A stretch of DNA of 64,000 nt from the NCBI RefSeq assembly GCF_009914755.1, contig NC_060932.1. One strand, given 5' to 3'. The notes beneath the pieces were generated by a model. The model did not search any database. It had not been told where the DNA came from and saw only the letters and a program-made list of their open reading frames with translations. The number at the start of each line of letters is the position of its first letter. Position 1 is the stretch's first letter. This document shows positions 27,409 to 39,117 of the stretch, in pieces. A program made the position numbers and the translations under genes. This DNA is from the human T2T-CHM13v2.0 reference genome, Homo sapiens.

Positions 27409-28067
27409 CACTTATTACTTTATGCTGCCACACAGCATGAGCTCCTTGAGGACAGGACCTTACCATGTCTCCAGTGCTATTTTAGAGTCTGGCACACTGT
27501 AAGCATTCAACAAATGTTTGCTGAAACAATGGCTCAAACTCAGCTGAACATGTTGTCTTTAGGAGCCAACAATGGCCTAATTCTAGCCCATAGTGGTTTT
27601 CTTTTCATCTGATATGTTGACCTTACCAACCTTGACCATTGCCAGCAAAAGCTCCTAGCAGTGTTCTGGGCTAATAGAGATAAAATGGGAATTGGAGCTA
27701 ATGGTTTTTCAACCAATATACTATCTGCTTAATTAAAAGATACTATACTATGGGCTGATTACTACAAAGTTTTACAACATATATACCCAATAAATGAAAT
27801 AGTCCGGAAGGTACTACAAGTATAGTATATGAAAATATTTTGAAAAATAATGGAATCAATTCATACTCATATACTCTCTATGTGGAAAACGCGGGAGCAT
27901 AAATCTAACAAATAATTTTTTTTTTCTTTTTTTGCAGAGGAACCAAAGCCAGGTACTCTTCAATTAGCATAAGAGGAAATAAATAGTAACTTTAAAGCAG
28001 TACAACTAATAAGGAAAAAGGCAACATCACACAGGCAACTATAATTTTAGACTATATGAAATGATAG

Positions 28068-28373
28068 ATTTTTTTTTTTTTTTTAAGATGGGGTCTTGCT
28101 CTGTCACCCAGGCTGGAGTGCAGTAGTGTGATCTTGACTCACTGCAGTCTCAACCTCCTGGGCTCAAGTGATCCTCCTGCCTTAGCCTCCCAGGTAGCTG
28201 GGACTACACCTGGAATGGGCCACCACACCTGGCTAATTTTTATTTTTACTTTTTATAGAGGCAAGGTCTCACTATGTTGCCCAGGCTGGTCTCAAACTCC
28301 TGAGCTCAAGCGACTCTTCTGCCTCGGCCTCCCAAAGTGCTGGGATTACAGGTGCGAGCCACTGTGTCTGGCC
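28068..28373 (-). mobile_element. AluJb-like
   Basis: Reverse dimer with polyT. Confidence 0.9.
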
Positions 28374-28454
28374 TCATAATAGAACTTTTTAATGAAAAGG
28401 CAAGTGACCAATTTTCTAACAAATACAGCAGCACTTACATAGCCAACTGGTTTC

Positions 28455-28768
28455 TTATTTATTTTTATTTATTATTACTACTTTTTGAGACAGAGTTTCA
28501 CTTTTGTTGCCCAGGCTGGAGTGCAATGGTGTGATCTTGGCTCATTGCAACCTCTACCTCCCGGTTCAAGTGACTCTCCTGCCTCAGTCTCCCGAGTAGC
28601 TCGGATTACAGGCAACTGCCATCACACTCGGTTAATTTCTTTGTGTTTTTAGTGAGATGGGTTTTCACCATGTTGGCCAGGCTGGTCTCAAACTCCTGAC
28701 CTCAGGTGATCCACCCAGTTCAGCTCCCAAAGTGCTGGGATTACAGGCATGAGCCACCGTGCCTGGCC
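28455..28768 (-). mobile_element. AluSq-like
   Basis: Reverse dimer with 'gagtttcacttttgttgcccaggctggagtgcaatgg'. Confidence 0.9.
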
Positions 28769-28793
28769 GGCTTTCTTTTATGAAAAAATTACA

Positions 28794-29107
28794 GGCCGGG
28801 CGCGGTGGCTCACGCCTGTAATCCCAGCACTTTGGGAGGCCGAGATGGGCGGATCATGAGGTCAGGAGATCGAGACCATCCTGTCTAATGCGGTGAAACC
28901 CTGTCTCTATTAAAAATACAAAAAAAAAAAAAAAAAAATTAGCCGGGCGTGGTGGCAGGTGCCTGTAGTCCCAGCTACTCGGGAGGCTGAGGCAGAAGAA
29001 TGGTGTGAACCAGGGAGGTGGAACTTGCAGTGAGCTGAGACTTCGCCGCTGCCCCCTCCAGCCTGGGTGACAGAGTGAGACTCCGTCTCAAAAAAAAAAA
29101 AAAAAAA
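28794..29107 (+). mobile_element. AluY
   Basis: Y-diagnostic positions, expanded middle A-run and long polyA. TSD approximately AAAAATTACA on both sides. Confidence 0.92.
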
Positions 29108-32100
29108 GAAAAAATTACAGAGGAGGATTATGCCATTATCCCAGTGAAGCAGAAAAAGTTTTTTAGACTTTTCTTTTTGCTGCTTTCTTCAGCATTTATA
29201 CCCCTCTATATATTTATATTTTAATTATTTATGTATCTTCAATGGCAGTAAACCTTCATCATTTAGAGGCAAAATATATTGTTTGGAGCTAGCCAAAGTC
29301 ATTTGGATGTAAATTTGGTGAATGAAGAAAAATAACAGTTTTTAGTGGGGGAAAAATATGTGGCGCTAAAGAGAGTTATTTTCCAGTACTTGCAAATTGG
29401 TTCTGAACACAATTTCAAAAGATGAGTTCCAAAAATATACTGAAGGATGCCCTCAACACTGGAATTAGTGTAATTTACATAATATTTTAAAGTTGGAAAC
29501 ATTTAATATAGATAGGACTTGATTTTTAAGTGTTTGAGAGTTAGAGTGTTTTTTCAGTTATTTTAGATGTGCACATTATCCCCCTCACCACAGGTATTAT
29601 AGGTTGATACATTCTGGGCTATTTTTCCAGAGATATTTATTTGTCTGTGGAATTCAGCATTAAGTCTGAGCTCTTCAAATAGACTGTATCTATTCATGAC
29701 CTAGGGCCTAGACAACCTTTTTGTAGTGGGTCATATTTTCTTTGGTGTTTTTCTCAACTGCTTTCTGCTTGGCCCGCTCCATTCTTCAATGCCCTCCTTC
29801 CCAGGTCCTTAGTACCTTTCCACTGTCCTCTGGCTACACGGAACTCAGGTCTGTCCTATTCCTCCAGGGCTCAGACTCCAAAATTAACATTCTCCCTTAT
29901 CACCAGATCAAAACTACCAATCCACTAGATTGTAAACTCCATGAGGGCAGGACGTTTTGTCTGTTTTGTTCACTACTATATCTCCAGTACCTAGAACCAA
30001 TCCTGGAAACTCTTAGGCACTCGAAGTTGAATGAATGGCTAAGTCTCTAAATTTGTTACTCTGGCTAGCTGTTGGGAGGAAAGCAACCCATTGAACCAAT
30101 TTACACTCATCTGTGAAAGACCAGTAGCCCCTTATCTCACCCTAAGGTATTTGCATACTTAAAGAGAAAGCTTGTGAATTCAAATTACTCTCATTGGGAA
30201 AACTTCAATAGTGAAGCAAATGGAGAAAAAACATTTCAGGCTAAAGGGGAGTGTTGGGGGATGGTGGTGGTGTGGTGAGAGCTATGACTCAGGTAGGCCA
30301 GATCTGCCTAGGAGTTTGCCCCTGAGGGCCTCTACTTTTTAAGGCCCCTTACGTTCCACACCACCACAACATCTAAAAGCTTAGAGACTTCTTCATGATG
30401 GCTCAGGGCAGTGATCAGGATAAGGAGACTATAAGTCAGAGGACTTATATTCTGTAGGACTGTTTTTACATTGGGTACTGGTATATATCAAAAGGAAGTT
30501 TCCTAGCTTTCGAGTTAAATGTACAAGAGCACAGGGAATCTCCTCATAGTCATATTTGTTGATAACAAGTTAATTGCAATATTGTAATTTCACTATATGT
30601 AGATATCATTTTTTTTCTCCTGTGAATTGCCTTGAAATAGATGCACATCTGATATCGAGCTGTGGCACACTGTAAAAGATAAGACATAATTTTTTATGGC
30701 ACATTATTTTAAAAATGTGTTCTAATATAGTCAGGTACTAGCGATTTTTTTTCTAGACATTGTGTCCTGTTTTTGACCCCCCCGCCCCACACACCCCTAA
30801 AGCACCTTTCATATACTTTCATTGGGAAATATAAACTTAATGGAAACAGTAGCCTAACCTCAGAGTTGTGATTCTTGGTTTGTGATACCGGGTTTAAAAC
30901 AGATGGAAGTTGATTTTAGTGGTTTCAACTTTTTAAATGCCAGAATTCTTTCTGTACTGTCTTCTATGTTCTTTTTGATGATCTGTAAGCTCCTTAAACA
31001 TTAAAACATTTATTTCTTTTAGAACAAAACTCAAATACATGATGAAAGCAAGCTAAAAGCAGTGCATTTAACAAACCACAATATAATGTGATATATTTAT
31101 AGAATTATTACTAAAATCAGAAAATCAATGTCTTAGTGATTAAGTCTAGGATAATCAAACTTATTGAATAGTTGCAGTAGTTACTTAATGAGATAGTTTT
31201 GATTAATCTTTTGTCCAAATAACAATATTGTGATTACAGGCTTAGCACTACAGGTAGTGTAACCATCAGTGAGTGAGATTAGTACATTTTACATAGTTTT
31301 GCTATTTTCTCAGTTTATTTTGGAGTCCAGTAATAACCAGTCAGTCTGTACCTGCCATAGGGAAATCTTTGGTTGATATGAGTTCCTTTCCTGATTTTAA
31401 AATAAGTGCAATCTTTAACCTAATAAAATTATCTTAAAGTTTACAATTGATGGTTTAAACACATTATAATTGCTCCGTATTTTGCAGATAGAAGAGGCTT
31501 AATCCATGTTTGTAGATCTATTTCCTAAAATAAAAATTAGTAAAAAAAAGTTTTTTTTCTTCAGGTTTAACATTCATTTTGTACCGGGAAGAGAAATGGA
31601 ATAAGAGGCTCGGATTTTTAAGACTATGCAATCAGATACAAGTGCCATTTTGGCCAAAGAATGAGTAAAACATTCTAGTCCCGACACGTTTAATAATGGG
31701 CATACATCCTATTTCTTTGTTTCATAATCATTGAGCTCTCTGCCTTCTCTCTCTTTTTTGGTATGGTAACAAATTCGACAAAATCAATGCCATCTAGTTA
31801 AACTTTTTGATTAAGTAGTGGATCCGGTGTCCTATCCACGAAGAGGTGGGAAAAGCGATGTGGAGAAGCAGGCACGAACCCATCTGGAATGGAACATGTC
31901 CCTTCCGAATAATTTCATGTGGGAAAATAATTTCAAGTTGAAGGATAATTACTGCAGAGACTGCCAGTCACCCCCGGCCGCCGCCGGCCGCGCAGCGTCG
32001 GAAACCCTTCGCGGCAGCCAGGAGGGTCGCAGCCCTCCCGGAGCCCCGCTTCCTGCCCCGGGGCGGCGCACCCGGCTCCGGGAAGGTGCCGCGCGGGAGA

Positions 32101-32343
32101 CGTGGCAGCAGCCCCTCCAGTCCGCGCCCGGGCGCAGCGGCCGAGCGCTCCGTGCAGCCGGGCAAGGAAGACTCCGCGGCAGCAGCGCACCGGCCGGCGG
32201 GGAGACCCGCCTGAAGCGCCGGCGCCCGCCAGGGGACGGGAAGTGGCGCCCGGCCCGCCCTTGCGGCCCGCGGCCCAGCAGCTCCGCGCCGCCCCTTTTC
32301 TCTCGGCCTCTCCCTCGGCCTCCGCCACCCCGGCCGAATTCTT

Positions 32344-32356
32344 GCATAAATTATGC
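32344..32356. promoter_or_regulatory. Palindromic POU-class site GCATAAATTATGC
   Basis: Matches the GCATAAWTTAT POU6F1/Brn-type consensus on both strands. Isolated AT patch within the island. Confidence 0.5.
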
Positions 32357-32366
32357 CAGGCGCGCC

Positions 32367-32374
32367 TGACGTCA
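32367..32374. promoter_or_regulatory. Perfect CRE (TGACGTCA)
   Basis: Full 8-bp CREB/ATF palindrome ~110 bp upstream of the presumed TSS. Confidence 0.7.
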
Positions 32375-32482
32375 GGTGGCGGCGCGCGGGCGCGGGCGCG
32401 GGCGCGGCGCGGCCCGGAGGGAGCCGGCGGCGGGCGCGCGCGGCCCCGCGGCTTCGGGTGCGCGCGGCGTGCCGGACGCGCG

Positions 32483-32512
32483 CAGGCGCTGGCGTGCTGG
32501 GGCCGCGGCGGC

Positions 32513-32543
<31 letters not shown>

Positions 32544-32825
32544 GCGGCGGCGGCGCGGGGGTTGAGTCGTGGTGGTGCGGACGCGCTCGTGCTCGGGAAC
32601 TATCGGATTAAACTTGAATCGAGTGAAATTACACAAAGGAGCGCCGCGGAGGAGGCGGCCCGGGGACCCGGACACCCTGAAACTCACCAGAGACCCGTTC
32701 GCCCCCGGCCAACTCCGTGCCCGTGGATTCAGCCCCCTGGCCGCAGCTGCCGAGCCAACTCCGGAGCCCGCTCTGCGTTTTGTTTTCCCCTCGGCACTAG
32801 GCAGCGGAGGAGCCCGACCGACCCG
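32483..32825 (+). other. CHD7: Non-coding exon 1 (5'UTR) of chromodomain helicase DNA-binding protein 7
   Basis: ATG-free exon ending at the canonical donor CCG|GTGAGC. The sequence (GCG repeat, 'GGGAACTATCGGATTAAACTTGAATCGAG...GAGCCCGACCGACCCG') is recognised from memory as the CHD7 mRNA 5' end. No coding exon follows in 31 kb, consistent with the long CHD7 intron 1. Start is approximate. Confidence 0.82.
32502..32555 (+). repeat. GCC(GCG)9GCA(GCG)7 trinucleotide repeat in the 5'UTR
   Basis: Counted directly: 18 GCN triplets. Confidence 0.95.
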
Positions 32826-32860
32826 GTGAGCGCGAGAGTTCGCCCGGCGCCCCCGGGAGG

Positions 32861-32881
32861 GGCGGCGGCGGCGGCGGCGGC
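32861..32881 (+). repeat. (GGC)7 intronic tract
   Basis: Counted directly. Confidence 0.9.
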
Positions 32882-35800
32882 AGGAAATCGCTCCGGGCCG
32901 GGGCCGGGGCCGCGCTAGGAGTTGGGAGCGAGGAGTTGGGCGTGTGCGGGGCGAGGGGCGAGGGGCGAGGGCGGGAGGGGGCCGGGGCCAGCGCAGGAGC
33001 GCAGCGCCGCCCGCGTAGTGTCGCCGGCGTCGCCGCCCGCGGGGCCCGAACCCGCGCCCCGAGCGCCGCCCGGCGCCCCAACTTTTGCCTGCGTCCGCCG
33101 GGCCGGCGGCGGCGGGGGCGCGCGGTGCGGCCGAGGGTCACTTCCTCGCATGTAAATGGCTTTTTGTTGTGCTGCCGGCGTGGGGGGGGGGGTACGGGGG
33201 ACAGGAGGGAGCGTGTCTGCGCGCGGGGGAGCGCGAGCGCGTTTCCTCCCGCCGGCGCCGAGCACGAGTTGCCGGCTCCATTCGAGAGAAAAAGGAAGGA
33301 GGAAAAGTTGGGCTCCAACTCAAGTGCGAGCGGGCGATGGGCGCGCGGGCGCGGGGCGGCTGAGCAGCGGCGGCGGCGGCTCGGGGACGGCGGCGACCCC
33401 CGCCTCCCGCCCCCGCCCCCCGCTCCGGACCGACCACGCCGCGCTCGCCGGGAGCTGCGGCCGCACCGGCGCGAACAAAGTGCGTTCCTCCCGGCGCGGC
33501 GGCGCCAGCCCGCGCGGGGACCGCCACCGAGCGAGGTGGGTCGGCGGCGGGGAAAGTGCGCGGGGCGCCGCGTGGGGCGGGGGCAGCGCGAACACGCGGC
33601 GCGGGAGGCATCCCGAGCTCAGCCAGTGCCGGTCGCGGGCGCGGAGTTGCGAGCCCGGAGTTGGGGGCTCCTGGGGCTCCCCGGCGGCTCCCAAGTGCGC
33701 TAGGAGGAGAAGAAAGGGAGCGGGGCCGGGGCGAGCGCCGGGAGGCGCGGCGAGGAGGGGACCCCACCTTGTCGAGCTGGCCGGGCCGCCGGCGGCGGCA
33801 GCTGCATAATAGCGACTTTAACCTTCCAACGCAACTCGGCTCCCCCGCCCCCCAACCCGCCGGGGGTCAGCGCCGGTGGGGGGTGGTCACCAGGTGGCCC
33901 CCGAGGTGACCCGGGTGCGCTCTGCCCTCGCAGAGAGCCGCGGCTTGGAGCGTGAACGGCCGAGGTGGCTGGAGGCCAAGCGGTCAGCGGGGAGAGGAAA
34001 GGAGGGCGGTGGGGGACGCGTTGTTTGTTTGGTTCGCACCGGGGATTGGGCTCGCTGGGGGCGCGGGGCTCGGGCGGGGGCGCGGGCACCGGCTGGGCTG
34101 CGGTGCGGGGCGGGCGCGGCGGCGCGGGGCTGTCGAGGTCGCGGGGGGGGGGGGCGGGGGCGGCGGCGGCGGCGGCTCCCGGGCGGGGGTGGGGGCGCTG
34201 GTCGGGAGGCTCTGGGGAAGGAGCCGCCGGCCCCGAGCAGCCATCATTACCGAGCCGCCTTTCTCCGGATGGCTCTGCCTCGAGGAGCCCGGAGCCGTGG
34301 GAGCGCACCCCAAACTCCCGGCCGGCCGCCCGCTTTGTGAGCGCCCCCGTGAAGCGAGCGGCGCGGAGAGTGCTCCTGCTATGGGTCGGACTCTTTTCCT
34401 GGAGGTCACTTTTAGAGACTGCTCACGCCTTGGTTTAAACTAGTTTTTTTCCCCCTCTTCTGAACAGACAATGGACAAAAGAAAAGTAGCAACCCACATG
34501 GAGAGAGTTTCCTTTTGAATTGCTAGAATTAGATACACTATCCAGCGCTCCACTTGCTAAGTATACTTTTTAGTTTCCCATTGTATATTATCTAGCAATC
34601 GATTTAAATAACTTATCTTAAAAAGTGTCCCTTTTGGGGGCTTAATTTCTGGAATACATTACATGTCTTAATTTATTTTTAAAGGATTTTGTGAGGCCCT
34701 GATTTTTTATTTTCTAAAAATTTTAATTTAAGCCGTCTTTGCAGTGGGCGATACCTTTCTAAGGGGTTAAGTGTTATTTCACCCCAGTTCTCTCTCGGTA
34801 AGGGAGGGAGTACTCAGTATACGTAGTAATCGAAGAGGAAACAAAATACGTGTCTTTATTTCTTCACTGATCTTGTCTGACGATGACAAAAAATATCTTA
34901 GTGACTGTGACCTTAGCAGCATGGCTACCTGATTTATCCCAGTTATAATTATATTTAGATTGCAGTAATGTCTAAGTACAAGGTAATTCCTATTTCAGAA
35001 ATAACTTGAGCAGTGATTTTACGAAGTTGAATCCTTCTCCCAGCCCCCAGAGTACATCTGTCGCGCAGTGTTTTTGTCTTGCTGTTGCACAACAGAAGCC
35101 CTCCAGTCTTTACCCTAAAATGGCAGCTTTCATTTGACTGAGGCCCATTCATTGACAATGATAATAAAGAGGCTGAAAGCTAGATGCTTGGGGCATGGAG
35201 TAGGACTTGGTTTGCCTTTCTAGGTGATAAGTAGGAGACATTTTATGTCTTCCAGTTTGCTCAGGAAAAGTTTATTTTCCCTGAAAAATCTGTCTTGTAG
35301 AAAAAAGTTATAGTAAAATAATTTGGAAATGGGTAAAGGCTTGAGCAGCAAATTTTAGAAGCTAAATTTTCTTATTTTGCCCAATAGTGGAAATATGGCA
35401 TTCTCTTTTTTGGTAATCTGCTGATAAAAGGACATAATGGATTTTTGTCAGGCTTGTAACAGGTGAATTTCCTCATGCTGGTACTCAAGAATTGGGATTG
35501 TTTTCTAGCACTGTGGGTTTTTTTCTCTTTATATTTTCTAATTTTTTCTCCTGTTCGAGTCACTAAATTGAACCATGATGAATTGTATCCTGGGTCTATG
35601 CTTTCGCGATTGAAATGAGTTTTCAGATAAGAAATGAATTATAATTTTAAAAGACTGGTATATGAATTTTAAATTATTATATTCATTTAATCAATGGCCT
35701 TATTTTTAAATTAGTTTTTTTAAAAAGTTACTTTCTTTTATATGTCTTAACATGGAAGGCACAATACAGGAATGGTAGAGTGGTTGTACCGGTGATGTTT

Positions 35801-38800
35801 AAAAACCCAAATATTATTTTCCTCTTTCAAGGAAAGAAATAACTTTTTTTCCCAAGTTGAAAATATGGAAGTCAAATTTATAACAACGTATTCAGTAACT
35901 TAGTTTTAAAATAGTACTTTTATAGATTCACCAGTATTTGGTCTAGTTTTTAATCAGTTCAACTTACAGGAACATTTCCTAAACTTTTTTCATAATGAGC
36001 CTTCTTTCTAGGTTAGCCTTACTTTTATTGAGTTAAAATGAATACCATGAAGAGTACCTTTATAATACAGTAACATCAAGGAAATGTTACAACCGTTTTT
36101 CATACAGATGCGAAGTCAATAATATGTTATAGTTTTTAAGCAGTTAGGTCAAAATAACAGAAATATTTTGTTATGAGAAAATACACTGTAAATGCTTCTG
36201 TGTGCCTGCTGTGTAACCCATAAAAGCCATGTAAGTGCCAAGTTAGTGTAGTTCTTTCAAACCTAAGATTACAGCATTGTATTCCATATGCTTGAAAAAG
36301 TTTGCTTGCCACACAGTCACCATGCCTTTAGTTAACTTTGATTCAGCAAACCTTGGCAAGCCTTCCATGGTTAAAACAATAAAAGGCAGTACTTTCCTTT
36401 AGGGAGTGTACCATCTAATAGAGAGCAGTTCTATAGGTAAGCAAATATTCACATTTGACTTTTAAGATAAACTTATAAGTAATAGTTATCTTTCATCTTT
36501 CATTAACTAAATACAACCTTTTGGGTTTGATAGCAGACACCATGGCCATCTTAGAAACATCGAATATAAATGTGGCATTGCAAGAATAAAAATGTTTAGT
36601 CAGGTCTGAGCAAATGGCTCTTAAAACTTCAACTTTGTAAGACAGTGATTCTTTTTCAGTAAATGATTTCTACATGTAAAAAGTAAGCACATAGTCACAT
36701 AGCTAAAATCACCAAAAAGGATGGAGAAGGAACATCTTAGGTGATATTAAGATGATGTCAGCAATATATTGGCTCTGTGGGACCCTTTCAATTGTCTTGT
36801 TCACTCATGTGGGCATATTTGTGTATCTTAAAAAAATCTGTTCTTTTCATGCGATCGGAAATTCAGAATTTAGCATTTTTCTAGACAGGTTTCCAAAACC
36901 ATTATGGTTTCATTAGTTCAGGAGATACTATTTTCCCCTTTCTCTATAAAACTTTATTATTTAGTCTTTAAAAAAATTGTTGACATTCAAAGGTGACTAA
37001 TGTTAAAATATAAAAGAAATTGAGATCAATAATCGCTTGGTTTTTCTACAAAAAATACAAAGATGGAATGATTTATTTCAATTTGGGTATCACTCAGGTT
37101 GCAGTGATGGCAGAGGTCCATAGCTGATTATGGTGGTTGTTAAGAGCTAGGAAGGTAATTTAAAACATCATGACTATGTGTCCATATTTTACTTTTGTCA
37201 ATAGATTAAAAATTGTAAATGAAATCACATCTGCATGATAAAAAGAAGAAATAGAAACAGGAAGTTGTAATGATGTTGTCAAATAAAAATTCATTTTATC
37301 CTTATTAGAGAATGATTGGATATTTAGAGTGTGAGGACCTTAGAGAGCTAGTTGAACTTTCTCATTTTACAGATTAAGAAACTAAAGTCCAGAGAGATTA
37401 ATTAAATGAACTGCCTCTGACTGGCCACCCACTGTTGCAGAGCTTATCTCAGTTACAGTTGTGTTCCTGGTGCCTAGCATCGTGCCAGTGCAGGAGGGGT
37501 GCTGGTCTTGTCTTTGTTGGCTCTGGAAGAGTACAGCTCTTGCTCATGTTCTGACTCAAAGGTACCTTTAGGCTTTAGAATCCTACAGCATAGGACAACA
37601 TAACTCTTAAAGATGTTCCTAAACCAACAATAATTTGCTTCTGTTTTTGGAGGTTTTTTTTTTTTTAACTATGATTATCCATTTAGGAAAAATGCAGAGA
37701 TAATTATTTCAAGATTTGACAACTGTTTTCACTTTAGATGCATGTATTGATCACCATAGCTAGATTCCTGTTGCATTTTAACTAATGTTAGGTGACTGAC
37801 TGCAAACATGATTGTTTTTTCAGAGAAGGATTTTTTTGGGGTTTCTGTTCTGCTTTTACTTTGAAAATTAGAAATGTCTTTTTAAAAGTAAAAAATAACG
37901 TAGGTATTTATGAAGAAACTTAACTTGTCAGTAAAGGCTGGTTCACTCTCAGGCTTGTTTACCTATGCTAATGTGGAATCTAAGGCACTTTTTAAAGTGA
38001 CCCTTTGAGCCTTGCTTCCTCTGTGCATGTCAGGATTGGCTTTCACGGCCACAGAATCTGGACTGTGATTAGTCTTCCTGTTTCATCTGTGGTTTTGCTC
38101 ATTGATTCGGCTGTTTGTTGGGTACCTGCTACCTGAAAGATGCAATGCTATGAATTGTCAATATAGTGATGACATGAGAAGACATGGTAAACTCACACAA
38201 AAACTAGAGCTACTGTAAGGTCATAGGTGTGATGCAGTCGGTGCCAGGAGGAGTGAGAGCTTAGGACTTGGGGATTCCGTCAGTTGGGTGGGGTATTACC
38301 CCTTAGGAAGTGGCTTTAGCATTACCATCTGAATGATGGTAGAAGAAGGGGTGAGGGCACTTCAGGCAGTGCCCCTCACCTGCAGGGAGGCTGTGTGTTT
38401 GAGGCATTCAACTGCAAGATGAGACTCGAGGCAGGCAGTATCCAACTTGGTCAGGGCTTTCAGGATATCAAATTTGGGATTTTTGAAAAAAGCAGTAGGA
38501 ACCACTGATGAGTGTTAAGCAGCCTTTGACACGAGCAGAGTAGTGTTTTGAAGAAGATTGAATTGGTGGGTGCAGAGAGGACAATAGGTTGTAGACAATA
38601 TCCTGCCTGCTTTTGTTGTGGTCTGTGGGATGGGGAAATCACAATGATTTGGACTAGATTGGTGGTGGCCATGGGGATGGAGAGAAATGGACAGATTTGA
38701 GAGATATTTAACAGTTTCAACGAATAGGACTTGGGGATAGATGCGCTCTCAAGAGGGAGATCTCAGGGCATATAGGTTTCTAGCATGTTCCCTGCTTGGC

Positions 38801-39061
38801 TGGTTGGCTACTGATCCTATTCACAGAGGCAAGAATCAGATCTGCTGAAGATTTGAGAAGGAAGCTCATGAGTTCTTGTAGCATATGACTGAGGTAGCTG
38901 ATAATGGACCATGATGACATTGTTTTATCCTTTGCATTGCTAGTGGCATTCCAGAACTTTAAAAAAAGTAATCTGCTAGCTTTAACCAAAAGATGTTGGA
39001 CGTGGGGAGTTCATCAAGGAATGTGAATGGGTTCAGTGAAATGGGAGAGGGGAGGGAAGCC

Positions 39062-39117
39062 TTACTTGCTGAATACATAGCACTTTGCTTGTTACTTGCC
39101 TGATACATAGCACTTTG
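39062..39117 (+). repeat. Imperfect ~30-bp tandem duplication
   Basis: TTACTTGCTGAATACATAGCACTTTG / TTACTTGCCTGATACATAGCACTTTG. Confidence 0.8.

Larger units (their letters stand above)
31950..34450 (+). promoter_or_regulatory. CHD7: CpG island promoter spanning exon 1 and the start of intron 1
   Basis: Very high GC and CpG density, multiple GC boxes and several GGC tracts. Confidence 0.9.

Noticed and set aside
26848-27612. 254-aa ORF
   Set aside because: TTG start; crosses L2 fragments, a polyT run and an Alu monomer, so it is a chance composite.
32895-32911. C9orf72-like GGGGCC units
   Set aside because: Fewer than three copies, which is common in CpG islands.
31818-34443. Many overlapping 100-255 aa ORFs on both strands of the CpG island
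   Set aside because: Low-complexity R/G/A/P products expected from stop-codon scarcity at high GC. No recognisable domain, and they run across the splice donor.
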